Of a stretch of DNA of 60,791 bases, positions 28,053-36,834 are shown piece after piece. The notes beneath the pieces were generated by a model. The model was not told where the DNA came from and did no database searches. It was given only the letters and a program-made list of their open reading frames with translations. Where the stretch lies: positions 1 through 60,791 of the IMG/VR virus record IMGVR_UViG_3300023313_000007; one strand, given 5' to 3'. The translations under genes were made by a program, and so were the position numbers. How positions within the stretch are numbered: the first letter of the stretch is position 1; each line of letters begins with the position of its first letter. This DNA is from a virus. Taxonomy: Duplodnaviria > Caudoviricetes.

Positions 28053-28278
28053 CCCCCTACAAGAGCTAGTATCCCTAGTAGCCAAAGAGACTACCTATTC
28101 TGGGGTAGTATCCCTAGTGGCTAAAGGCACTGCCTCAGTAGTTACTGCATCTGGAGTTAAAGAGGTCGCGGTACCTGCTACTACCTCTATATCCGTGGGG
28201 AGTACTGTAACCATATCTAACGGTAATATTACGGGGGTAGTATTAGCAGGGGTTGGAAGTATAACATACACCGTTTGA
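28045..28278 (+). CDS. Small tail-tip protein (OB-fold spike-like, putative)
   Basis: MSNPL start, short beta-rich; position. Confidence 0.45.
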   Translation: MSNPLQELVSLVAKETTYSGVVSLVAKGTASVVTASGVKEVAVPATTSISVGSTVTISNGNITGVVLAGVGSITYTV

Positions 28279-28325
28279 ATACCCGCACTCAAGTGCAAAG
28301 TTAGTACCATTTTTGGAGTTATATC

Positions 28326-31300
28326 ATGGCTAGATTATACAGTAATAACGCATCGACAACCTTGGCATCATATTTACCTGCTACAGCCCGTGCTACTAGA
28401 ATACCTTTAGTAGAGGCTGCTCAGTTCCCAGAGATAGTAATTGGGGGATATGACCAATCTGTCGCTACCCCAACCCCTTTATCCTTAGGGGGTGCCAACT
28501 TAGTAGATTTATGGGAGGACGGCACATCGGGACTGTTCAGTCTTACTGATGCAGGTACATTTTATAAAACTTTCTTAAACAGCAGCAACACTTTATATGC
28601 GCCGTATATACAGTATATAAATGCTAATGGTGATAGCACCTTAGGGTTTGTTAATGGCAACAATGAAATTGTTATCAATCCTTCCTTTATGTCCACTGAG
28701 AGTAGTGGGTATTATCATGCCCCTAGCACTCCGCCAGTTGTAGCACCTTCGAGCATTGCATGGGACGGGACTAACTACATAGGGTCTATTGGGTCTGCTC
28801 TATACTCCAGCCCAACAGGGTTAGACCCTTGGACTCGTATAGCTAGCACCAATACCTTTTCTGTGGCTTCTAAAGGTCTGTACCATTTCCCAGCTTTAGC
28901 TTCCCCTTACATTGCCCTATCTACTGATGCCTCTAAGGTGTATTTCTCTGCTGATACGATTACATGGACAGCCGCAACCACCGCCACCACAGCTACGATT
29001 TATGATATTACGGTGGTAGGGACTACCTTATATATGGTGACTAATGGTTTAGGTTTATGGTCTAGTACTGATAATGGGGCTGTATGGACGCAGGTAGTGA
29101 CAGGAACTACATTTGATACTCAATCCACTTACACTGCCTCCATAGAATCTACAGGCACAGGTATCACTGCCCTAGGAAGGAGCACTGGCAATACCGCCGT
29201 AGGGGTAACTACTACAGATTTAGTAACATGGAGTGTATCGGGATTACCCCCTATACCTTATCTATATGGTCTAACTACCGTAGGGGCTAATCTATTAGCC
29301 TTTGGGGGGAACGCTAATCTAACAGCCCCGTTAGCCTATTACTCTACAGATAGTGGGGTTACTTGGACTGCATCCACCCTACCAGCCGTAGTAGACAGTA
29401 CCTTTATGGGAAGCATGGGTAATCAAGGTGGCACAGCCCAGTACCTAGTAGGTTATTCGTCAGAGGTTTTGAAATCTACAGATAGTGGGGTTACTTGGGT
29501 ATCAGATAAAACCCCTATAACAGGACTTCATAGCCCTAGTAAGGGGGTAATCTTAACTGGAAATAAAGTTTTAGGGCGCACTTTTGGTGCTGCGTTTGAT
29601 TATAAATTTGTGCCAGTATTTACTACTAATACCTTGGTAGGGTCTAACACAGGTAATGGTAAATCTGTAATTTGGGACGCATCTGGCGGGGTATGGCAAG
29701 CCAATACTTACTCCTATGATTATGTTGGAGGTATCATATCTAATGCCCCTGTAGGGGGGTTCACAGACATTATTTGGTCTGGGGCTATAAACCTTTGGAT
29801 TGGCGTTGGTGCAGGGGCAGTAATAGCCACCTCTGCGGATTTGGTGTCATGGACTACTGTAAGTGCTCCTGTTGGAATTACGGCAAACCTATTAAGCCTT
29901 GGGTTTGATAGAGGTGTTTTATTTGCAGGGGGAGTAGCCACATTACTACGCTCTTTTGATGGGGGGCTAACTTGGGAGAATACTACTGCGTCTACTGTGA
30001 TGTATTCGGGGTATAATATAGTAGGTATCCACGGGGATAGGTCTCAGAATAAGATTCTGCTAATACTAGATGTAGTAGGAACACCTAATACTGCCCATGC
30101 CGTCACCGAGATGGGAGAGGACTTTATTACCCTAGGTACTGATACCTCTGGTAATGCTACGGTGCATGTTAAAGGCATTTCTCCAGCGGATACGGTAATT
30201 GTGTATGGGGGTACCTTAATAAAAGACATTGTAATCAGAAACCCTAAGGTACATACATCCTCCATAACTTTAGAAGACCCTGTAACTAAGGATAGAGAAG
30301 TTGTGCAGGTAGATTACCATAAGAATGGGGTAATGTTATTCACTAGAGGAACAGAGGGGACGACAGCATTAGCTTGGAATGCAGGAGTAATCATGGAGCA
30401 GCGCGGAACTAAGACCAGTTTTTCCGCCTTCCCTAGTAGGAGTGATGCCTCTGGTACTGCCGTAGTTTTGGGAGACACTGACCCTCTAAAAAGTATAGCC
30501 AGAAGTGCGGTAGCTTTAGGGTTTGAGGCTTCTAGCCATAGAAATAATACCGTCACAATAGGGTATAGTGCCTATACTGGATATGAGAGGGACATAGCTA
30601 TAGGGGCGCAGTCTTTGGCGTATAATGCTGCGGGGTCTGCGCCAGAGGGGGCTATCGCTATAGGGTATAATTCCTATGGGTACTACTACGCCCCAGTAGC
30701 TATAGGAAGTGACTCCTATGCCTATTCTAATGCTATTTCTATGGGAAACCGAGCTAGGGCAGAAGGGGCATACTCAACAGCTCTAGGGTACCGTTCTAGT
30801 TGTACCAGTGGAAATGCTGTAGCTATAGGCAGTAACAGTGTAAGTGGGGGCAATTCTTCTGTGGCTGTAGGGCGTTCTACCACTGCCACAGGGTATAGGT
30901 CTATATCTATATTAGGTGGAGCAACCTCGGGTTCTCATGCTATAAGTATTGGTGGAGGTGCGTTGGCAGGGGCTTATGATGTGGATGTAGGGAATACCTT
31001 TAAATCTATTGGCGGAGCTTTGGCTATTGGGTCTAGTGTAGTTAATCCTATCCCAGACACTACTAGGTTAGGTGGCGGTATTATGGTACAGCAAAGTAAA
31101 GTCACCACTAGCCATGTTAAGGAGTTTTCTGGGGCAGAAGTAGTCCTAGCTACTGAAAAGCTAGACTTAGTGGCTCTAACACCCCCAGTAGCTACTATTG
31201 TTATCCCTACAGGTGCGGTATTTGTACCATCTAGTGTTATTATTATGGTGGCGGATATGACAGGGGTTCTAACAACTCAAGCTACCGTTGAAATATCTAC

Positions 31301-31505
31301 ATCCACGGACAATATAACCTTTACCCCTCTAGCAGCAGCGGCTTTGACTACAGGACTAACCGCCCCTAGAAAAGTACAGGATATTGCTATACCTCCTACC
31401 ACGGATGCCGTGACATATTTACGAGCTTCGGTAACAGTGGCAGGTTCCGCTACCTTGCTATATACCGCTAGGGTGTATTTTAAGGGAATATTAGTTCAAG
31501 AATAA
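28326..31505 (+). CDS. Tail fibre / receptor-binding protein with BNR (Asp-box) propeller and YadA-head-like repeats
   Basis: SxDxGxTW Asp-boxes (STDNGAVW, STDSGVTW twice, SFDGGLTW); tandem (A/S)(I/V)A(I/L)G repeats; anchor motifs NNASTTLA and TRGTEGTTALAW. Confidence 0.85.
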   Translation: MARLYSNNASTTLASYLPATARATRIPLVEAAQFPEIVIGGYDQSVATPTPLSLGGANLVDLWEDGTSGLFSLTDAGTFYKTFLNSSNTLYAPYIQYINANGDSTLGFVNGNNEIVINPSFMSTESSGYYHAPSTPPVVAPSSIAWDGTNYIGSIGSALYSSPTGLDPWTRIASTNTFSVASKGLYHFPALASPYIALSTDASKVYFSADTITWTAATTATTATIYDITVVGTTLYMVTNGLGLWSSTDNGAVWTQVVTGTTFDTQSTYTASIESTGTGITALGRSTGNTAVGVTTTDLVTWSVSGLPPIPYLYGLTTVGANLLAFGGNANLTAPLAYYSTDSGVTWTASTLPAVVDSTFMGSMGNQGGTAQYLVGYSSEVLKSTDSGVTWVSDKTPITGLHSPSKGVILTGNKVLGRTFGAAFDYKFVPVFTTNTLVGSNTGNGKSVIWDASGGVWQANTYSYDYVGGIISNAPVGGFTDIIWSGAINLWIGVGAGAVIATSADLVSWTTVSAPVGITANLLSLGFDRGVLFAGGVATLLRSFDGGLTWENTTASTVMYSGYNIVGIHGDRSQNKILLILDVVGTPNTAHAVTEMGEDFITLGTDTSGNATVHVKGISPADTVIVYGGTLIKDIVIRNPKVHTSSITLEDPVTKDREVVQVDYHKNGVMLFTRGTEGTTALAWNAGVIMEQRGTKTSFSAFPSRSDASGTAVVLGDTDPLKSIARSAVALGFEASSHRNNTVTIGYSAYTGYERDIAIGAQSLAYNAAGSAPEGAIAIGYNSYGYYYAPVAIGSDSYAYSNAISMGNRARAEGAYSTALGYRSSCTSGNAVAIGSNSVSGGNSSVAVGRSTTATGYRSISILGGATSGSHAISIGGGALAGAYDVDVGNTFKSIGGALAIGSSVVNPIPDTTRLGGGIMVQQSKVTTSHVKEFSGAEVVLATEKLDLVALTPPVATIVIPTGAVFVPSSVIIMVADMTGVLTTQATVEISTSTDNITFTPLAAAALTTGLTAPRKVQDIAIPPTTDAVTYLRASVTVAGSATLLYTARVYFKGILVQE

Positions 31506-31516
31506 GGAGATATGAC

Positions 31517-32329
31517 TTGATTTCATTTCTAGGAGGGCTTCCACGCTCTAGTTCTACGGTGCTGTCGGCATTACTTAACCAAAACCCTGCATTTCATGCT
31601 AGTGGCACTAGCCCTATGGTTGAGTTAATGCTAGCGGCAAGAAAAGTGAGAACCAAATCCATAGACTTTAGGGCTATGGATAAGGGTGAAACAGATAGGA
31701 AGATGGTTAATTCTCTTAGAGGCATACTTAATGGGTGGTATGAGGATAGATGCGAACCCTATTGCTTTGATAAGTGTAGAGGATGGTTAGAGCATTATCC
31801 CTTGTTATGCGCTTTAATGGAGTCTCCTAAGGTCATTGTACCTATACGAGATATACGAGGGGTGGTAGCTAGTATGGAGTCTAGGAGATTAAAAAATCCT
31901 ATGATGGAGACCAAAGGAGGGGATAGCCCTTTTGACGGGGTTACTATACAAAGTAGAGTAGACCAGTACCTCACCAAACCCCCAGTAGGTATTGCTGTGG
32001 AGAGATTATTCGAGGTTTCTAGGTCTGGGGCGTTGAACAATATGTTAGTTATTAGGGCAGAGGATTTAGGACTGAACCCAGAGGCTGAGCTACACAGGGT
32101 TTATGCTTTTTTAGGATTAGAATGGTTTGATGGTCATTACTATGAGGGTATAGCGTCAGCCCCTAATGAACACGACCATGTACATGCCCCCTATGGAGAG
32201 CATACCGTTAGAGATACAGTACAACCCCCTGCGGAGAATTGGGACGAAGTTTTAGGCTCGGATGTTAGTGAGGATATTAAATCTAGGTGTGGGTGGTTTT
32301 ACGAGACCTTCTACCCAGAGAGGTGTTAG
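31517..32329 (+). CDS. Sulfotransferase (PAPS-dependent)
   Basis: 5'-PSB loop GLPRSSSTVL, DKCRGW, 3'-PB IRDIRGVVASM, IRAEDL; TTG start with SD TAAGGAG. Confidence 0.88.
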   Translation: MISFLGGLPRSSSTVLSALLNQNPAFHASGTSPMVELMLAARKVRTKSIDFRAMDKGETDRKMVNSLRGILNGWYEDRCEPYCFDKCRGWLEHYPLLCALMESPKVIVPIRDIRGVVASMESRRLKNPMMETKGGDSPFDGVTIQSRVDQYLTKPPVGIAVERLFEVSRSGALNNMLVIRAEDLGLNPEAELHRVYAFLGLEWFDGHYYEGIASAPNEHDHVHAPYGEHTVRDTVQPPAENWDEVLGSDVSEDIKSRCGWFYETFYPERC

Positions 32330-32331
32330 GA

Positions 32332-32598
32332 ATGGCTATTAAATTTGATTATACAGATAAAGCTGGAGTAGTTCATGTAGGGGCTATTGCTAGAGTAAGT
32401 AGGGTTAGGACTTCTACCAGTGGTATCACTGGGATACTTCTAATCCATGATGCTATTGACCCTACAGGCTCCCCTATAGATAAGATTACTGTGGACATGC
32501 CGTTTACTACTACGGTAACAGGGACTAAGAACTTTGTTAAAAGAGCGTATGAGGCTATCTTAGCAGAAGGTGTATTCCCAAATCCCACCAATATATAG
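32332..32598 (+). CDS. Small tail-fibre-associated protein (putative chaperone)
   Basis: MAI start, NFVKRAYEAI...F C-terminal pattern common downstream of fibre genes. Confidence 0.5.
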   Translation: MAIKFDYTDKAGVVHVGAIARVSRVRTSTSGITGILLIHDAIDPTGSPIDKITVDMPFTTTVTGTKNFVKRAYEAILAEGVFPNPTNI

Positions 32599-32655
32599 GT
32601 TTGAGTTTGGTGATAGGTGGGGATAGCTTTGCCAAAACCCAATTAGGAGATTGTT

Positions 32656-32973
32656 ATGCCTTTAGTAAGTATGGAAACCACCCCATCTATCCCAGTTTAT
32701 ACGATTTTAGACACCCTTAATGCTATTTCTGGAGTAGATGTAAATACTTCTCATGTGTCTGGGTCTCCTTCGGCAGTACAAATAGAGCCAACACCTGCGG
32801 CTACAACGGTAGAAGTGCAGGCTAGACTGTCCCCAACTTCTTCATGGGTGACGATTCAATTAGTAGCAGCAGCTACAGCTACAGCTACAATAGTCCCCTT
32901 TTCTGTTAGATACAATTTCATTAGAGCTATTCGCGTAGGGGCTGGTGATGTTGTAGTTATGGCGCAAGACTGA
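32656..32973 (+). CDS. Hypothetical beta-rich virion protein
   Basis: TVEVQARLS...W...FIRA pattern; SD AGGAG. Confidence 0.5.
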   Translation: MPLVSMETTPSIPVYTILDTLNAISGVDVNTSHVSGSPSAVQIEPTPAATTVEVQARLSPTSSWVTIQLVAAATATATIVPFSVRYNFIRAIRVGAGDVVVMAQD

Positions 32974-33293
32974 TGGCTATTGAGCAGGGAGACCTGCAAG
33001 CAATAGTAGCTATGCTTAGAGATGATAACGATAGGCATAGACGAGAGACTTTAGATGCTGTTAAGACTATGATAAAAAAGCATGAAGAAGCCGAGGTAGC
33101 CTTAATAAAAAAGACTATTCAAGGTGAGCTTCACGAAAGTCACGGAGAAGAACATAAGTTTATCCAAACTTGGATGCACCGTATGGATTCTATGGGTGAC
33201 GGGTTCTTTGCATCCATTGGTAAGAGTCTAGCCACCCTTGTGTTTATTGGTTTTGCAGCAGCAGCCTTAGCATCACTGGGAGGCAACAAATGA
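32973..33293 (+). CDS. Membrane protein, coiled coil plus C-terminal TM
   Basis: LATLVFIGFAAAALASL hydrophobic segment. Confidence 0.55.
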   Translation: MAIEQGDLQAIVAMLRDDNDRHRRETLDAVKTMIKKHEEAEVALIKKTIQGELHESHGEEHKFIQTWMHRMDSMGDGFFASIGKSLATLVFIGFAAAALASLGGNK

Positions 33294-33685
33294 CTCCTAC
33301 TATTATGATATACACTGATTTATTAGTAGTTTTTGCTTTACTGTCTGTGTTATGGCGTATGTCTGTATTCGCTAAGAAAGTGAGCGACCATGTTGTCTCC
33401 TTACAAGGCAGTCCTAATAGAATTATTGAACGCTCCCATCTGTACAATCATATATGGATAGTTGGGTTTGGGTTATTCTCAGTGGTTATATCTATATTTC
33501 TACAGATAGCTCATGTGTATTATCAAGATATTATTCATAACGAAGAAGGCGTGGTTATTCTTGAGACGGTGAATAATATATTCTTAGCCCTAGTATTCTC
33601 CTCGTATGGTATGGCAGTAAAACATATCACTCTTGAGGAGACCGAAGGCACCAGTACTTGTTATTATAAATCAGATAAACAGTAG
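33290..33685 (+). CDS. Membrane protein with about 3 TM helices
   Basis: Three hydrophobic stretches; GGAGG SD. Confidence 0.55.
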   Translation: MTPTIMIYTDLLVVFALLSVLWRMSVFAKKVSDHVVSLQGSPNRIIERSHLYNHIWIVGFGLFSVVISIFLQIAHVYYQDIIHNEEGVVILETVNNIFLALVFSSYGMAVKHITLEETEGTSTCYYKSDKQ

Positions 33686-33764
33686 AATATATTGCTCATA
33701 TAGGTAGGTGCTACTATGGTGGGCGGTAAATAATCGTTACCTTTAAGGTGACTAGGAGAGTAAA

Positions 33765-34184
33765 ATGGCATTACAATATTCAGTAGCAGTAAGAAATGCT
33801 CAGTTAAACGCTTGGGAAGCCACTATTGGTACATCCCCTATCTTTCGTCTTTATGACGGTGTTAATCCAGTAGATTGCGCTTCTGCACCTACAGCTAATG
33901 AGATTGCTAACGGTACACTTCCTGCCGATTGGTCAAACGCAGCAGCTTCTGGTGCTAAGACTATTTTAGGTGGCCCTTTTACAGTTACAGGTCTGGCTGC
34001 CGCAGGTGCAGGTACAGCCGTTTTAGCTTACCGCATTTATGATTCAGCGGGTACTGTTTGCCATGAGCAAGGCACTGTTACCGTTACTGGTTCTGGCGGC
34101 GATATGACTATGGATAATGTTTCTGTAGCTAACGCACAAACCGTTAATGTTAATACTTTGACTCGTACAGCATCTAACGCATAA
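33765..34184 (+). CDS. Virion structural protein (paralogue A)
   Basis: Ala/Gly/Thr-rich, strong SD, own terminator; aligns by eye with 34576..34992. Confidence 0.65.
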   Translation: MALQYSVAVRNAQLNAWEATIGTSPIFRLYDGVNPVDCASAPTANEIANGTLPADWSNAAASGAKTILGGPFTVTGLAAAGAGTAVLAYRIYDSAGTVCHEQGTVTVTGSGGDMTMDNVSVANAQTVNVNTLTRTASNA

Positions 34185-34195
34185 GTATCAAAACT

Positions 34196-34221
34196 AGGGG
34201 GGCTTAGGCTCCCCTTATTTT
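34196..34221 (+). terminator. Rho-independent terminator
   Basis: AGGGGGGC-TTAG-GCTCCCCT followed by TATTTT. Confidence 0.7.
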
Positions 34222-34239
34222 ATATAGTAAGGGGTTATT

Positions 34240-34575
34240 ATGTTTGCTTTTGTTGGGCAGTTAATCCGCAATAACTCATTCACTGTGAAGAAAGTTCGCA
34301 GGGCTTGGGCTACGCGAAAATCAATGAACAAGTTTAGAAATACACATACAGAATGTGAATGGTGTGGTAGGGCTAATAGACTACAGGTTCACCATATCAT
34401 ACCAGTGAGTGTGTCCCCAGATTTAGCAGGTAATCCCAGTAACATGATGATGCTATGTGGTAAGGGCTGCCATTTACGCTTTGGGCATAACGGTGATTTC
34501 CGTTCTCGTTATGTGGATAACATCAAAGACCTATGTTCAGCTAAGCGTGTTATCAAGACAGTTAAGGGGCTATAA
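34240..34575 (+). CDS. HNH endonuclease (small, Zn-binding)
   Basis: CEWCG...LQVHHIIP...NMMMLC...CHLRFGH. Confidence 0.85.
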   Translation: MFAFVGQLIRNNSFTVKKVRRAWATRKSMNKFRNTHTECEWCGRANRLQVHHIIPVSVSPDLAGNPSNMMMLCGKGCHLRFGHNGDFRSRYVDNIKDLCSAKRVIKTVKGL

Positions 34576-34992
34576 ATGGCTTATTCAATTTCAACAGCAG
34601 CAGCTAACACAGTGTTGGATACATTACTTACAAACTTCGCTAATGGAGTGATTGAGGTGAGAGATGGTGTTCGTCCTATCGACAGCGATACAGCAGCGAC
34701 AGGGGTTGTACTCGCTACTATCCCATTGGGTGCAACGCCATTTAATGCGGCTGCATTACGCAGTGCAGCACTTGCTACGCCTGTGAGCGATTTAACAGGG
34801 GATGCGAATGGTAGTGCAACATGGTTTCGCATGTATGACAACGCTGTACTAGCAAATTCTAGTCATATCCTTGATGGTGATGTTGGTATTGTAGGTAGTG
34901 GTGCTGATATGGAATTGAACGACAACTTGGGCGGTACAGCTATCACCACAGCAGATAAGGTGACAGTTGATACAATGGCTGTGTCTGTATGA
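34576..34992 (+). CDS. Virion structural protein (paralogue B)
   Basis: DGVRP...TWFRMYD...GSGADM matches paralogue A DGVNP...YRIYD...GSGGDM. Confidence 0.65.
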   Translation: MAYSISTAAANTVLDTLLTNFANGVIEVRDGVRPIDSDTAATGVVLATIPLGATPFNAAALRSAALATPVSDLTGDANGSATWFRMYDNAVLANSSHILDGDVGIVGSGADMELNDNLGGTAITTADKVTVDTMAVSV

Positions 34993-36503
34993 ATAGTGTC
35001 GAATTAAAGCAGCACATTGCGAGTGCTGAGATGTACTTGCAAGAAGGTAATATGTTTGCAGCAGAGCATGGTTTTAATATCGTGCTTGAGAATGATGCAG
35101 ATAATAAAGATGCTTTGGTTGGGCTTGCTCATATTGCTCATGCGAATGGGCATGACACTACAGCTAGGGCGAACAAGCTTCTTGAGTTGTACGGCGATGA
35201 ACCACCTGTTGTAGCCGTATGTGGTACATTACTTGATGACAGAGAGTTAATAGCACGCTCATACAATATGAATTGTAAAGATGCGAATGTTGCTATTGCC
35301 TATGCAAAGATATTGATTTCAGAACATCGTTCAGTTGATGCTTCGATTGTGCTTAAAGAGATTGGTACAGGTGATAACTTAGAACTCAAGCTTGCAGTGG
35401 CAGAGTTATTGGTTGAGTGCTCAGAGATTGAAACATCATGCAAGCTGCTTGAGACTATTCTCAAAGAACGCCCCGATAGTTGGATTGCATATTGCCATGC
35501 CTTGCCGTTATTCGACCATGCAAAGAATGACACATGCAACGCCGATACAGTGAAAGCTATTATTGCTCGACTGTCTACACCAAAGGATAAGCTACCTATG
35601 CTAACCAATGGCTTAGGACGCTTGCTTGATAAGCGTGGTGATGTTGACGGTGCTTGGAAAGCTTACGATGCGTCTAACGCGATTGTGAAGCCTTTACGCA
35701 CTAACTATCCAGACTATCGTGCCATCGAAGAACGCTATGAGAAAACATTTACAGCAGACTTCTTTGATGAGTTGCCTAAAGCTTCTGATAGTCCAATGAT
35801 ATTTGTGTTTGGTATGCCGAGAAGTGGCACAACATTAACTGAGCAAATCTTGGGCAAGCATTCGGATATTACAGCGTTGGGTGAATTGATGGCTGTACCC
35901 AAGTCGGGCAACATTTTTGGTGAGTTGTGGCAGCAGGGTAGTGACGATGTTCCTGCAAACCCCGACGAACTGGCAGAGCAATATCTTAAAGAGCATGTTC
36001 GTTCATTCGATACAAAGTATGCAGTGGATAAGATGCCTGCAAACTTCAAGTTCATTCCATTGATTTATGCAATGTTTCCTAACGCCAAGTTTGTTTATTG
36101 TAAGCGTGATGCTTTGGATAATTGCTTCTCGTGTCTGACTACACTGTTTGCTAATCGGCATGACTATAGCTTTGACCAAGTTGAATTGGGGAAAGAATAC
36201 AACCATCATCTATGGCTCATGCACAAGTGGCGTGAGTTGTTGCCGCGTGGAACTATCCATCAAGTCAATTACGAAGATATGGTTGCAGACCAAGAGGGCA
36301 CGACACGCAAGCTTCTTGACTACATTGGTGTGGATTATGAAAAAGATTGTAAGGACTTTCACACATTGAAACGCAATGTGCGTACGGCTTCATTGGCACA
36401 GGTTGTAAAGCCTATGTACACAACAAGCGTGAGCCGCGCAGAACCCTACAGAAAATACTTAACAGATTTAATTGAGGTGCTTAATGCCAACTCCAAGATT
36501 TAG
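34989..36503 (+). CDS. TPR-repeat sulfotransferase
   Basis: N-terminal TPR-like helices; FVFGMPRSGTTLTEQIL, DKMPANF, RDALDNCFS, YEDMV, VRTASLAQV. Confidence 0.92.
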   Translation: MNSVELKQHIASAEMYLQEGNMFAAEHGFNIVLENDADNKDALVGLAHIAHANGHDTTARANKLLELYGDEPPVVAVCGTLLDDRELIARSYNMNCKDANVAIAYAKILISEHRSVDASIVLKEIGTGDNLELKLAVAELLVECSEIETSCKLLETILKERPDSWIAYCHALPLFDHAKNDTCNADTVKAIIARLSTPKDKLPMLTNGLGRLLDKRGDVDGAWKAYDASNAIVKPLRTNYPDYRAIEERYEKTFTADFFDELPKASDSPMIFVFGMPRSGTTLTEQILGKHSDITALGELMAVPKSGNIFGELWQQGSDDVPANPDELAEQYLKEHVRSFDTKYAVDKMPANFKFIPLIYAMFPNAKFVYCKRDALDNCFSCLTTLFANRHDYSFDQVELGKEYNHHLWLMHKWRELLPRGTIHQVNYEDMVADQEGTTRKLLDYIGVDYEKDCKDFHTLKRNVRTASLAQVVKPMYTTSVSRAEPYRKYLTDLIEVLNANSKI

Positions 36504-36834
36504 AACAAGAGCCGAAGTCCGTACAGCTTATCCACTAGCACAGTTGTTTGATGATTTGGTTGTGTATATTACCAATAGCAAACTTGAGAATGCAAAGTCG
36601 CGCACTGTAACCAAGACACAACTAAAGAACTTCGTTAAGGCTGCTAAGGCTTACGCACTAGGTACACCAAGCGGTAAGCTTGATAGGTATGATGTGTTCA
36701 GTGTCCTTTTTCAAGAAATTGATAAATGTACAAATGGCAAACCAACAACAGGTGTAGCAAGTATTCTACATACATGGAATTTAGACAAGGATACGGTGCT
36801 ATATATGTTCAGTTCGTATTATGGGGGTAAATGA
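36484..36834 (+). CDS. Hypothetical protein
   Basis: GAGG SD before ATG 36484; coupled to neighbouring genes. Confidence 0.55.
   Translation: MPTPRFRTRAEVRTAYPLAQLFDDLVVYITNSKLENAKSRTVTKTQLKNFVKAAKAYALGTPSGKLDRYDVFSVLFQEIDKCTNGKPTTGVASILHTWNLDKDTVLYMFSSYYGGK

Noticed and set aside
29343-29498. 24-nt direct repeat in the tail fibre as a DGR template/variable pair
   Set aside because: Explained by duplicated Asp-box codons (STDSGVTW); no reverse transcriptase seen and no adenine-specific variation.
34240-34575. HNH as the terminase-associated HNH
   Set aside because: No terminase or cos-like context nearby; it sits at the edge of a putative island, though a packaging role cannot be fully excluded.
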